A stretch of DNA of 55,143 nt from Deltaproteobacteria bacterium. GTDB lineage: Bacteria; Myxococcota; Myxococcia; Myxococcales; UBA5297. The notes below the pieces were generated by a model. The model saw only the letters and a program-made list of their open reading frames with translations. It did not search any database and was not told the origin of the DNA. Positions 16,261 through 33,107 of this stretch are shown here, piece after piece; positions within the stretch are counted from its first letter, which is position 1, and each line of letters starts with the position of its first letter. The stretch covers positions 1 to 55,143 of the forward strand of contig JACRCT010000256.1 of assembly GCA_016218885.1 (NCBI GenBank), in the 5' to 3' direction. The translations under genes were made by a program, and so were the position numbers.

Positions 16261-17586
16261 CTAGAACTCCACCGTGGTGGCCGGGTACCCCTTGTCGTCC
16301 CCAGGTTCCGGGTCGACCGCCGGCTGGCCCGCCATCTTCCGCTTCTCGAAGTCGTTCGGTTCCTTGGCCTCGAACTTGTACATGGACATCGGGTCGAACC
16401 CGGGGTTCTCACCCACGATGTCGAAGACGCTGACCAGCTGCCGCAGGAACTGGCGCGGCACGACCCCGACGTCGCCGTTGAAGCCCTTGGTCACGTCGGC
16501 CACCAGCCGCTCGATGAACTCCGCGGTGGCGCGCGCCTCCAGGCCAGGCGGATCGGTGGCGGGATAGAGCTCGCGGAGCTTGAGCGCCACCTCCTTGAGG
16601 CGTCCTGCGTCGAAGGGCTTCAGCTCGAGCTGCGGCTGCTTGAGCGGCGCGTAGCCGGCCTGCTGGATGAACTGGATGCGGTCGTGGAGCGGCTGGAGCC
16701 CAGCCACGCCGCGCTTGGTGTCGAAGAACTCGGGCGTGCCGGTGAAGACCCAGAGCAGCCCCTTGAACTGGGCGGCGGCGTCGCAGATCTGCCGGATGCC
16801 GTTGAGCGACTTCCCCCGCACATCCGACTTCATCCGCAGGATGGTTTCGGCCTCGTCGATGACGATGAGCAGCCCCTTGTAGCCGGCCGCCTTGACCAGC
16901 TCGAGGATGCCGTGGAGGTAGGCCAGCGCGTCCCGGCTGGAGATGTCCCCCTTCACGCCGGCCGACTTCTTCATGTCCGCGGCGACGTTGCCGCTGCCGG
17001 AGAGCCAGGAGAGGAGCGCCCCGGCCTCCACGTTCTTGCCGGCCTGTTTGAGCGTGAAGATCTGGCGCAGGACGCGAGCCAGGTCCTCTGGGGCCTTGCC
17101 GCCGGTCAGGGAGGCGATCTCCTCCCCCATCCGCGACTGGACCTTGGCGTCGAAGTCCGGCGCCCGGTCGTCGGCGCCGCCATCCACCAGGGCATTCTCC
17201 ACCTTGGCGATCCAGCGGTCCACGATGTCGCCGAGCGCGCCGCGTGGGCAGGATGCGGTCCCCAGCTCCTGCACTACCTTCCGGTAGACATCATCGAAGC
17301 GGTGGAAGTGCAGGTCGTTATCCGAGACCACCACGAAGCTGGTAGCGAACCCGCGCTCCTGGGCGTCCAGCAGGGCCAGCCGGGCCATGAAGGTCTTCCC
17401 GCACCCGTAGCCACCCCGCAGGAACTTGAAGAGCCCCTCGCCGGCCTGGGCTAGCTCGAGCTGCCGGCCGAGCTCGGACCGCTGGCGCTCGATGCCAACC
17501 GCAAAGGCGTCGAGCCCACGCTCCGGCACCACGCCGGACCGGAGGCGCTCGAAGACATGCTGCACGTCGCGCAGGCTGAGTCCCAT
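16261..17586 (-). CDS. brxD: BREX ATP-binding protein BrxD
   Basis: 441 aa. Walker A GGYGCGKTF, Walker B LLIVIDEAE. Lies between pglZ and the Lhr-like helicase. Confidence 0.8.
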   Translation of the reverse strand: MGLSLRDVQHVFERLRSGVVPERGLDAFAVGIERQRSELGRQLELAQAGEGLFKFLRGGYGCGKTFMARLALLDAQERGFATSFVVVSDNDLHFHRFDDVYRKVVQELGTASCPRGALGDIVDRWIAKVENALVDGGADDRAPDFDAKVQSRMGEEIASLTGGKAPEDLARVLRQIFTLKQAGKNVEAGALLSWLSGSGNVAADMKKSAGVKGDISSRDALAYLHGILELVKAAGYKGLLIVIDEAETILRMKSDVRGKSLNGIRQICDAAAQFKGLLWVFTGTPEFFDTKRGVAGLQPLHDRIQFIQQAGYAPLKQPQLELKPFDAGRLKEVALKLRELYPATDPPGLEARATAEFIERLVADVTKGFNGDVGVVPRQFLRQLVSVFDIVGENPGFDPMSMYKFEAKEPNDFEKRKMAGQPAVDPEPGDDKGYPATTVEF

Positions 17587-17589
17587 CGG

Positions 17590-20469
17590 CTACTTCTCCC
17601 CTTCCTTCACGTACCGCTTCCCATCGGCCGCCGGCTCCACCCTCACCTTGAACGGGACCTTCTTCAGGTAGCCGTCAAACTCCAGGGAGAACCGCCGGAA
17701 GGCGCGCTGCGAACCGAGGAAGCCCACCGCCTCGACCTCGGTGATCGCGCCGTGCTTGTCGATGTGCAGGAACACCCGGCGAGCGCCCTCGTCGGCGAGG
17801 CCGTCGGCCCAGGAGAGCTCCAGGTCACCCCCCTGGACAGGCGTCGGCGGGCCCACAGGAGCCCCCCGCCGGTGGTCCACCTCGAACCAGTCCTCCATCG
17901 CAACCGGGATGACGTTCTCCCGGTTCTCCGGATGGTAGACCTCGATACGGACAAGGCCGGTCGCCGGCCCCTCCAAGGAGAAGAAGAGCTGCGACCAGTC
18001 GGCGTCCGCCGGGACCCGGAGGGTGCCGTCCTGGAGCGCACCGGGGCCGGTCAGGTCGCGCAGCACCGCACGAACCTCGGCGTTGCCCACGGCCCGCACC
18101 CCGAGCGCCACCTCGCCCCGTGAGGCGAAGCCGAGCTGCCCGGCGGCGGTCCGCACCCGGACCTTGAGCTGCCGGGCGCCCATGACGTCCTTCTCCCGCC
18201 TGGCCTCCACCTCATAGCGGACCTGGGAGGCCACCTGGGCGCGCTCCCGCCGCACCGTCAGCACCGGGATGACCCGCTCCTGGAGGCTGTTGCCGCCGTG
18301 GACGAAGGTGGCGCCGGCGTTCCCGGTGGCAAAGACGGCGGTGTCCTCCCTGAACAGCAGGTGCCCGCTGAGGCCGTCGTAGCCCAGTGAGGAGAGCGAC
18401 ACGTTCACCATGCCCGGCTCGGCCCGCGGCAGGTCGTCGAGCACGTAGCGCGGGCACGGGTCGCGCTTGGTCCCGAATGGGACCTGCCGTGTGGTCTCGT
18501 CGAGCAGCAGGAAGCCGTGGTCGGCGGTGAAGACGAAGCTCTTCACGCCGGCCTTCTGGAGCTGGGCCCAGGCCGAGCGGAGCTGGCGCAGGGTGTGCTC
18601 GAAGGTGGCGGGCCCGACGTTGGCCTCCCCGGCGTCGTCCAGCTCGGTGGCGTGGACCACCACCACCCGGGCGCTGGCGATCCGCTTCTTGAGCTGGTCG
18701 GGCTCTGCGTCGCAGACCTCGGAGAGCTTGAGAAGCAGGGCCTGCTTGCCGGCGGTCCTGAGGCCGATGGCGCGGGCGCGGTCGTCGGGGCTCCGGACAG
18801 TGAACTCCCCGGCCTTGAAGCCGCCGAAGATGCCGGCCACCTGGAGCCGGCCGCCCTGCACCACCGGCGCGAGGGCGTTCATGCCGACGGAGGTCACCGT
18901 GGGCAGTTCGGCCAGGCGGGGCTTCAGGTCGACCGAGGTGCCCGGCGCCTTCAGGTCCTCGAGCAGCTCGGTGGCCATCTCGTACCGGAAGCCGTCGAGC
19001 AGGAGGTAGGCGACCCGTTCGTCGGCGGCCGCAGGCAGGACCACCTGGTCGAAGATCTGTCGCTGCTGGAGCGACTCCTCGGGGAGAAAGCCGCTCGCCC
19101 GGCAGACCCCGGCGAAGTCGGCCGCCAGCTGGTCGGCCCAGGCCCGATATACCCGGCGCAGCGCGTGGACGCACCCCTTCAAGTCGCCGAAGTGGGGCAC
19201 CTGCGAGTCGAGGAGCGTTACCTGGCGCTGCTCGAAGCGCCGGTGCGCCCGGTCCACGGGGGCAGCGGTCGCGGCGTACCGCTCCACGGCGGCGTCGAGC
19301 GTCCGGACCCCATCCAGCGGCCGCGGGCAGGCGGCCAGGGCCGTGCCGAACTCGGCCCCTTCGCGAACCAGGGCCCAGGCACGGCGCCGGGCCGGGTCGC
19401 GCTTCAACCAGAAGGAGCGGTCCTCCGAGCGGGCCTCGGCCCACGCCTTCACCCTGGCCCAATCACCGGCCGTCAGGGCCGCGACGGCGCCCTCCAGGAC
19501 CCGCTGCTCCTCCCGCCGGAAGGTGTCCACCTTGCCGAGGTCCTCGGCGCGGATGGCCGGCAGCTCCTCGTAGAGGTGCAGCTCCACCTCGTCGGCCAGG
19601 GCGACGTAGGTCTCGGCGTGCTTCTCGCGGAGGTGCTCCACCAGCCCGATACAGGTCTTCACGAGCGGCGGCGAGAGCTGCTGGAGCGGCTGGAGCTGGG
19701 GCACGTGCGGAGGGCGAACGAGATCGTGGACGTACTCCACCGAGAGGAGCCAGCCGACCCAGGCCGAGAGGAGGCTGTTGAGCGCGCGTCGGTCGGGATC
19801 GGCGGCGCCGCCGGAGACCCCTTCCGCGAAGAAGGCCAGCCAGGCCGCGTCGAGGCCAGTCTGCCGGCCGAGGAACGCCTGGAGCACCTCCCGCGCATCA
19901 GGCGTTGCCACCCGCTCGGCCAGGAAGGTGTCGCCGGGGCCGACGGCGTCCACGGCGTGATCGAGCACGGCCTTGACGCCGAGCGACTCCAGCGTCCGCG
20001 CCAGCCCCTCCCGGGAGGTGTCGAGCTGCGAGGTGAGCCACTCGTCGGCCGCTTCGAGCGTGGTCAGGTGGCCGGCGAGGTACTTCTCCAGCGCCTCCGG
20101 GGCCACCTTGCCGGCGGCGGACTCGCGGACCAGCGTGTCGAGCGCCTTCCGGAAGCGCACGCCCGGCTCGTAGAGCTCCAGCACCGGGGTCTTGCGGATC
20201 GACTCCTCGGTGTAGCCCGGCATGTGGACCAGCAGCGGGGCGTTGTCGAGGCCGCTGCCGTAGGGCTCGAGCTCCAGGATCAGCTCCAAGAAGCTGCCCC
20301 GGAAGCCGACGACGGGAAACGGGAAGTTCCCCTCGTGCGCGCGGGCCGTGAGGCCGTCCACGTAGGGCGTGTAGGCGCTGGCCTGGTCGAGCCAGACCAC
20401 GGTGCCGTGACGGCGCAGTTCGCCGAGCAGCTCCTGCTCCAGGTTGGTGGCGACGAGGCCGGTAGTCAT
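17590..20469 (-). CDS. pglZ: PglZ alkaline-phosphatase-fold protein
   Basis: About 959 aa from ATG 20469; the track ORF starts at GTG 20499. PglZ-type core LLLDGFRYE ... FVFTADHGF. Confidence 0.9.
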   Translation of the reverse strand: MTTGLVATNLEQELLGELRRHGTVVWLDQASAYTPYVDGLTARAHEGNFPFPVVGFRGSFLELILELEPYGSGLDNAPLLVHMPGYTEESIRKTPVLELYEPGVRFRKALDTLVRESAAGKVAPEALEKYLAGHLTTLEAADEWLTSQLDTSREGLARTLESLGVKAVLDHAVDAVGPGDTFLAERVATPDAREVLQAFLGRQTGLDAAWLAFFAEGVSGGAADPDRRALNSLLSAWVGWLLSVEYVHDLVRPPHVPQLQPLQQLSPPLVKTCIGLVEHLREKHAETYVALADEVELHLYEELPAIRAEDLGKVDTFRREEQRVLEGAVAALTAGDWARVKAWAEARSEDRSFWLKRDPARRRAWALVREGAEFGTALAACPRPLDGVRTLDAAVERYAATAAPVDRAHRRFEQRQVTLLDSQVPHFGDLKGCVHALRRVYRAWADQLAADFAGVCRASGFLPEESLQQRQIFDQVVLPAAADERVAYLLLDGFRYEMATELLEDLKAPGTSVDLKPRLAELPTVTSVGMNALAPVVQGGRLQVAGIFGGFKAGEFTVRSPDDRARAIGLRTAGKQALLLKLSEVCDAEPDQLKKRIASARVVVVHATELDDAGEANVGPATFEHTLRQLRSAWAQLQKAGVKSFVFTADHGFLLLDETTRQVPFGTKRDPCPRYVLDDLPRAEPGMVNVSLSSLGYDGLSGHLLFREDTAVFATGNAGATFVHGGNSLQERVIPVLTVRRERAQVASQVRYEVEARREKDVMGARQLKVRVRTAAGQLGFASRGEVALGVRAVGNAEVRAVLRDLTGPGALQDGTLRVPADADWSQLFFSLEGPATGLVRIEVYHPENRENVIPVAMEDWFEVDHRRGAPVGPPTPVQGGDLELSWADGLADEGARRVFLHIDKHGAITEVEAVGFLGSQRAFRRFSLEFDGYLKKVPFKVRVEPAADGKRYVKEGEK

Positions 20470-20535
20470 TGGAACGTGCTCACAAGGCCACATAGGCACT
20501 CGGGGCGGGGCCGCACCTGGCCGCTCGATGACATC

Positions 20536-21771
20536 CTACTCATCGGCACTCCGCATCTTGAGTGCGCCTTCGTCAAACCAGACCTCGATTGGGCTTGTCT
20601 TGTATCGAATCGACTGGGTCTTGAAGACCCTAGAGCTATCGGCGACAAAGGATAGCGGGAATGGGCGCCCACCCCCTCCATTGGGGAACACAACGACATT
20701 GGTCCCTTTGGTTCGCTGCGCGGACGCAAAAATGATGCCCTGAACACCCGGCGAACGCACATGCGCAAGGTACTCCGCCAAGTACTGGGTGATCAGGTAG
20801 TCGCTCTCTCCGTCCGGATGAACCGGTTCGGCCACCAATTTGTGCAACGCCCTCAGGAAGGCCCTTCTCTGGAATAGACGGGAGGCACCCCGCTGGAAGT
20901 AGCTCGCCTCCTTTTCGCCCCGGTATGCCTTGTCCAGGCGACGGAAATCCAGAACTCGAAGGGGCGCCGCAGTTGCGAACTTGCCGACAACCACCATCCG
21001 ACCAAGAGACGGCCGAAGCTCAGCGATGCACGTCTCGCTTTCCAGTGCGCCGTAGAACACCGAGATGCCCTCAGGATTCATCCTGCCGGCTCTCGCCTTC
21101 TGAGGCGGCGGGGCGGCAAGTTCTCTCGCCGGTCGCGAGAGAATCGCCCTCAGAGCGCCAGTCGAATCCGAAGCCCGTGCTCGAAAGAGTGCAGTCCCCA
21201 CGGGCACAGTCCAAACAACACTGATGGGCGCCGACGCACCGCCCGCCCGGCGTCGTCCCGGGGGGCACCTGAGTTGATCCAATTCTTCGAATAGCGCGCC
21301 GAAGAACGCCCTGGCTCGGTCGCTGAAGAAGCGACGCCGATACTTCAGTTCGCCCTTGATGCGCTCCCAGGTCTTGAAGTGGGCGGACAGATCCGTGGGG
21401 CTATTCTCGTACGTGGCATCCCTACTAACAAAAGGCTCACTGCCATCGCGCGGATCTGCCGGATCAGCCTCCTCGAGAGCTTGCAGAAGCGCGTCTTCAC
21501 ATTCCAAGTACTGTCCCAGAATCTCCTGCACCACCCAGGACAGGTCATCTCCAAGAGGCTCGCCATCAATAGCATTGCCCGCCTGAATGAAGTGCTCTTC
21601 AATGATGGGATACATTAGGCCCGCAAGATCCTGAATAGAGATCGCGGGATTCGTTGTGAGGCCGCAAAGAACGCATACCTCGGGAGCACCCCGAGCCGAA
21701 ATGCGAGCTTTCAACGCGTGATCTTGGATGCAGTCGCAGCAGACGTTGTCGTCCACCGAGTAGCTCTTCAT
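20536..21771 (-). CDS. RES-domain protein with Cys-rich N-terminal domain (HEPN/RES-NTD1-like)
   Basis: 411 aa. N-terminus VCCDCIQDHALKARI....CVLCG. RES core FRARAS ... GRMNPEGISVFYGALESETCIAELRP ... GIIFASAQ (candidate R, E, S). One 60-nt line counted at about 50% G+C. Confidence 0.75.
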   Translation of the reverse strand: MKSYSVDDNVCCDCIQDHALKARISARGAPEVCVLCGLTTNPAISIQDLAGLMYPIIEEHFIQAGNAIDGEPLGDDLSWVVQEILGQYLECEDALLQALEEADPADPRDGSEPFVSRDATYENSPTDLSAHFKTWERIKGELKYRRRFFSDRARAFFGALFEELDQLRCPPGRRRAGGASAPISVVWTVPVGTALFRARASDSTGALRAILSRPARELAAPPPQKARAGRMNPEGISVFYGALESETCIAELRPSLGRMVVVGKFATAAPLRVLDFRRLDKAYRGEKEASYFQRGASRLFQRRAFLRALHKLVAEPVHPDGESDYLITQYLAEYLAHVRSPGVQGIIFASAQRTKGTNVVVFPNGGGGRPFPLSFVADSSRVFKTQSIRYKTSPIEVWFDEGALKMRSADE

Positions 21772-21820
21772 AGCCGGGTCCCTGGGCGCCGGCGCTCACG
21801 TCTCCTGAAGGACTTTGGCT

Positions 21821-25795
<3,975 letters not shown>

Positions 25796-25803
25796 CGGTC
25801 CCG

Positions 25804-29424
<3,621 letters not shown>

Positions 29425-29436
29425 CCGGTTCCTTCG

Positions 29437-30096
29437 CTACGGGTAGATGCGGGGGCGGTAGTCGCGGTCGGACATCAGCTCGCCCATGAAGGAGAGGGCC
29501 GTGGTGTCGCGCCGCTCCCCCGGGTAGAGCAGGACCACCGGGATGTTCCGGGTCTTGCCGTCGATGTGCTTGAGGAGCGCCGACGAGCGGAAGAACGGGT
29601 AGAGCGCTCCGGCGCGTCCCAGCAGGATGAGGGTGCGGTCGGTGTCGTCTGGCGCCTTGGCGGCGAACTCCTCGATGAGCGTGATGACGTCGGCCGCGAT
29701 GCCGCTGGGGCCCTCGACGTGCTGGGCGATGGTCTGGCGCAGGTCGTCGAGCGCCCGCTGCGGCCCGTTCGCGTTGGGGCCCTTCTCGAAGAGCCGGCGC
29801 TCCCGGTCGATGAGCCGCTGCAGCTCCTTGCCGCCGCTCGCGCGGATGCGGTCGAGGAGGAGCTTCTGCAGGGAGATGGCGAGGACGCCCCACCCTTCCG
29901 CCTTGAGATCGTCGGAGAGGTGGCGGATGAGCTTGCGGAGCTTGAACTCGTCCACCGGGCGATACGGGAGGATGGCGAACCGGTAGTTGCGCATCGTGCT
30001 GATGCGCGGGCCACCGTCGGCCAGGAGGTCCCGGCGCAGCGCGTTCACGGCCTCCTCGAGCGACGTCCGGTGGAAGAGCTCGTCCTGGTCGGTCAC
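29437..30096 (-). CDS. brxB: BrxB (DUF1788-like)
   Basis: 219 aa with MRNYRFAILPYRPVDEFKLR and IPVVLLYPG. 4-nt overlap with the brxA stop. Confidence 0.8.
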   Translation of the reverse strand: MTDQDELFHRTSLEEAVNALRRDLLADGGPRISTMRNYRFAILPYRPVDEFKLRKLIRHLSDDLKAEGWGVLAISLQKLLLDRIRASGGKELQRLIDRERRLFEKGPNANGPQRALDDLRQTIAQHVEGPSGIAADVITLIEEFAAKAPDDTDRTLILLGRAGALYPFFRSSALLKHIDGKTRNIPVVLLYPGERRDTTALSFMGELMSDRDYRPRIYP

Positions 30097-30878
30097 AGGT
30101 ATGCCTCCGCCCAGGCGGTGAGGGTCGGGTGGGTCCAGTCGAGTTCGACGAGCTTCCCCATGCGCCGGAGCTGGATGGACGGGATGGTCCTCAGCCGCTG
30201 GTCGAGGAAGCCGTCGCCGAGGCCGACCGAGGCCACGTAGGCGTTCTCGGTGAGCGAGCCCTGGTGGGTGACGCCGCGCAGCAGGTGGAGCAGGTACCCG
30301 ATGGCGATGTCGGGGACCTTCGGGAAGAGGAGCGCCCGGGGATCGCGCTTCGGCGAGACCAGGCCCGCCTCGGAGGCGGCCGAGAGGAGCTTGGAGGCGA
30401 ACTGGAGCAGCGTGGTCTCGGCCCAGCGATCCGGCCAGGTGTGGCGCAGCCAGCGGGCCACAGCCGGCCGGTCCACCTTCGGGTCCTTGAGCGTGCGCCG
30501 CTCCAGGAGGAGCTCGCCGGTGAAGCGGCGGTAGATCGGGTCGGAGAGCTGGGTGTGCCAGTGGCAGACGACCTGGCGGGTGGCCGGGTCCATGTGGCGC
30601 CAGCGGCGCAGCACGGCGAGCGCCTCCGGGAAGGCGTCGTAGCGGACTGCCAGGTAGGGCAGGAGCGTCTTCACTCGGTCGAGCGTCTTGGCACCGAACC
30701 AGCGCTGCTCGAATGCCTGGATGGCCCTAGGGCCGGGCGGCACCGCCGGGTCCACGCTGGCCCAGTAGGCGCGGGCTTCGTCGATCCCCAAGGCGAGGCG
30801 GAGGATGCGGGTGTGGATCTCGGTGGTCTCGGCGGGCCGGCGGGGCAGCGTCGGCTCCAGGCCCCCCACCTCGATCAC
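30093..30878 (-). CDS. brxA: BrxA (DUF1819-like)
   Basis: GTG start at 30878 overlapping the upstream stop (GTGA). 261 aa, helical. The Arg/Pro-rich N-terminal extension of track ORF 30093..31526 is rejected. Confidence 0.7.
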   Translation of the reverse strand: MIEVGGLEPTLPRRPAETTEIHTRILRLALGIDEARAYWASVDPAVPPGPRAIQAFEQRWFGAKTLDRVKTLLPYLAVRYDAFPEALAVLRRWRHMDPATRQVVCHWHTQLSDPIYRRFTGELLLERRTLKDPKVDRPAVARWLRHTWPDRWAETTLLQFASKLLSAASEAGLVSPKRDPRALLFPKVPDIAIGYLLHLLRGVTHQGSLTENAYVASVGLGDGFLDQRLRTIPSIQLRRMGKLVELDWTHPTLTAWAEAYL

Positions 30879-31450
30879 GGCTTCACCCGGAAGAACGGGA
30901 GGGGGTACTTCTCCGGCACCGGCACGAGGGCGGCCGCCAGGACGCGCACGGCCACCTCGAGCGGCTCTGGCATGGCGCCCTTGAGCTGCCGGCCGCCGGG
31001 GACGACGTCGTAGGCGGGGGGCTTGCCCTGTGACTGGAGCGCCTTGGCGAAGGCGTCGGGGGTGAAGGGCGCGTCGAGCTGAAGAGGCAACGCGAGCGCC
31101 TCGGCCGGCGCGGTGCCGGACCGCTTGTGCTCGGCGAGCCGCTCGGCCAGCCGCTCGTCCACCTCGAAGCCGAGGAAGAAGATCGAGCGGACCTGGTCCG
31201 GTTCGGCCATGCCCTTGCGCCCCTGCTCGTCGGCACGGCGGGCCGCCTCGCGCACCGCCTCGAGCGAGGCCCAGGCGTGGGTGCGCGGCAGGAGGCGGGC
31301 CATGAGGTCTCCTCCCCCGCTGGCGTCCACCAGGTCCGTCGGCCACCAGCCGAGGCGCTTGGTCTGCTCCTTCGACTCGCCGGCCCAGGCCACGGTGAGC
31401 TGGAGGGCGAGGATGGCGTCGAGGGTGGTGGTCTGGATTGGCCCGAGCAA
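30875..31450 (-). CDS. brxE: BrxE-like first gene of the BREX operon
   Basis: 191 aa. TTG start with GGAGA 5 nt upstream. Translationally coupled to brxA. Assignment is mainly positional. Confidence 0.5.
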   Translation of the reverse strand: MLGPIQTTTLDAILALQLTVAWAGESKEQTKRLGWWPTDLVDASGGGDLMARLLPRTHAWASLEAVREAARRADEQGRKGMAEPDQVRSIFFLGFEVDERLAERLAEHKRSGTAPAEALALPLQLDAPFTPDAFAKALQSQGKPPAYDVVPGGRQLKGAMPEPLEVAVRVLAAALVPVPEKYPLPFFRVKP

Positions 31451-31704
31451 CGGTTCTCCGGCGGGATAATTGAGGATTCTGGCACGGAGGGGGGAGGCGT
31501 GAGCCGGCCCCCGCGCGGATTGGCATCCTACAACGGCGAGGGACAGGGAGGCAGGGCGATCAGGGAGGTGACAGGCGATACCAGGGGTGTGGGTTTGCGC
31601 GGGGTCAAGATCCCTGGTGGTTCAACGCCGTCCAGCGCTGGGCCGCCCGTGGCCTGTCCCTCAAGTGGCTAGCATTCCCTGAGCACGCCCACCGGGGAGG
31701 ACCC

Positions 31705-31944
31705 ATGTCCGTCAAGAGCGAGATCAAGGGCACCATCGGCAAGACCATCACCGGCATCTTGGTGGCCGAGAACCCGCGGCTGCCGAAGCGGCAGCTGTTC
31801 CTCGTGTTCGCCGACGGCACCTACTACGAGCTCTACAGCAGCACCGGTGACCTCCACGGTGCCGGTGGCGTGGACCAGGGCGACATCGCGAAGGCCGTGG
31901 GCTACGCGAGCAAGTTCGGTGGCGAGATCACGAGGTACGAGTAG
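31705..31944 (+). CDS. small hypothetical protein (79 aa, beta-rich)
   Basis: ATG preceded by GGGGAGGA. Divergent from brxE. Ends 95 nt upstream of the first ZnR-HEPN-like gene. Confidence 0.5.
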   Translation: MSVKSEIKGTIGKTITGILVAENPRLPKRQLFLVFADGTYYELYSSTGDLHGAGGVDQGDIAKAVGYASKFGGEITRYE

Positions 31945-32039
31945 GACCGCGCCGCGGACTGCCTCCCTGTCGGAAGCGGGTGCCATAGTTTCCGCGTCTC
32001 TTGGCGGAAGCTCCAGCGAAAGCAGCTGAAGGAGGAGAG

Positions 32040-33107
32040 ATGTTCAGACACCTGCTGCGGGAGATGGAAGACCTCTCCGGCACGACTAGCATCACCATCC
32101 CGGTCGCCGCCGACGAGCGGGGCTATGTCGACAAGGAATGCCCAGTCTCGGAATGCAGGTACCAGTTCAAGGTGATGGGAGAAGACTGGGGAGCGCTCTT
32201 CCACGATGAGGCCGTCTTCTGCCCGATGTGCGGGCATGAAGCGCCGGCGACCCAGTTGTGGACGACTGAGCAGGTCGAACAGGGCCGAGCACGGGCGATG
32301 GCCTACCTGGAGGCTCGGGTTGACTCAGCACTGAGGCGTGGCGCCGCCGAGTTCAACCGAACTCATAGGTCCGATGGGTTCCTTCAGGTGTCAATGCACG
32401 TGTCGGGAGCGCCGCGCCGCGCGGTTATCCTTCCCTTGCCGGCCGCCGAGGTGCTTGAGCAGCGTGTTGCGTGCGAGAAGTGCAGCGCGCGCTACGCAGT
32501 AATCGGAGCTGCCTTCTTCTGTCCATGCTGTGGGAACAACTCAGTGGAGCGGATGTTTGAAGCGTCGCTCCAAAGAGTGCGAGCGAGGGTTGAAAACCTC
32601 GACACGATTCGATCCGCACTTCGCGAGGCAAGCGGTCCGGACGACGCAGAGCTGACGTGCAGGTCTCTTCTCGAAGATGGGCTCCAGCACTGTGTGACGG
32701 CATTCCAGCACTACGCTGAGCGGCGGTATCGCGCGATCCCCGGCACCGCCACGCCAAGGATGAACGCGTTTCAGCGCCTCGAAGAAGGAGATGCGCTCTG
32801 GCGCGCGGCGGTTGGCGCGGGCTACATCGAGTGGATTTCTCCCGACAGCCAGTCTCGCCTCCGGATCTTGTTCGAACGGCGGCACCTGCTGGCTCATCGC
32901 GATGGCATCGTCGACGACAAGTACATGGCCAAGTCAGGCGACCACGTGTACCGGACCGGCCAGCGCATCGTCGTTACAGTACGTGACGTGAGCGAACTCG
33001 TGGACATCATCCAGCGCTTGGCCGACGCCATCCGTGCCGCCACAGAGCCGAAGGACGGGGCGCCGACCATGCTGCCTGGGGCAGAACACGGAAGGGACGT
33101 TCTGTGA
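32040..33107 (+). CDS. double zinc-ribbon protein with C-terminal Rx4H (HEPN-like) domain, paralog A
   Basis: ATG 32040 after GAAGGAGGAGAG. Zinc-ribbon motifs CPVSEC..(x27)..CPMCG and CEKC..(x14)..CPCCG. C-terminal FERRHLLAHRDG, with the Rx4H motif at nt 32880-32897. Confidence 0.7.
   Translation: MFRHLLREMEDLSGTTSITIPVAADERGYVDKECPVSECRYQFKVMGEDWGALFHDEAVFCPMCGHEAPATQLWTTEQVEQGRARAMAYLEARVDSALRRGAAEFNRTHRSDGFLQVSMHVSGAPRRAVILPLPAAEVLEQRVACEKCSARYAVIGAAFFCPCCGNNSVERMFEASLQRVRARVENLDTIRSALREASGPDDAELTCRSLLEDGLQHCVTAFQHYAERRYRAIPGTATPRMNAFQRLEEGDALWRAAVGAGYIEWISPDSQSRLRILFERRHLLAHRDGIVDDKYMAKSGDHVYRTGQRIVVTVRDVSELVDIIQRLADAIRAATEPKDGAPTMLPGAEHGRDVL

Noticed and set aside
30879-31526. N-terminal 216-aa extension of the brxA ORF, and the 30883..31485 ORF
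   Set aside because: Both are Arg/Pro/Ala-rich and not protein-like. They overlap the better brxE-like frame. brxA more plausibly starts at GTG 30878, coupled to the upstream stop.
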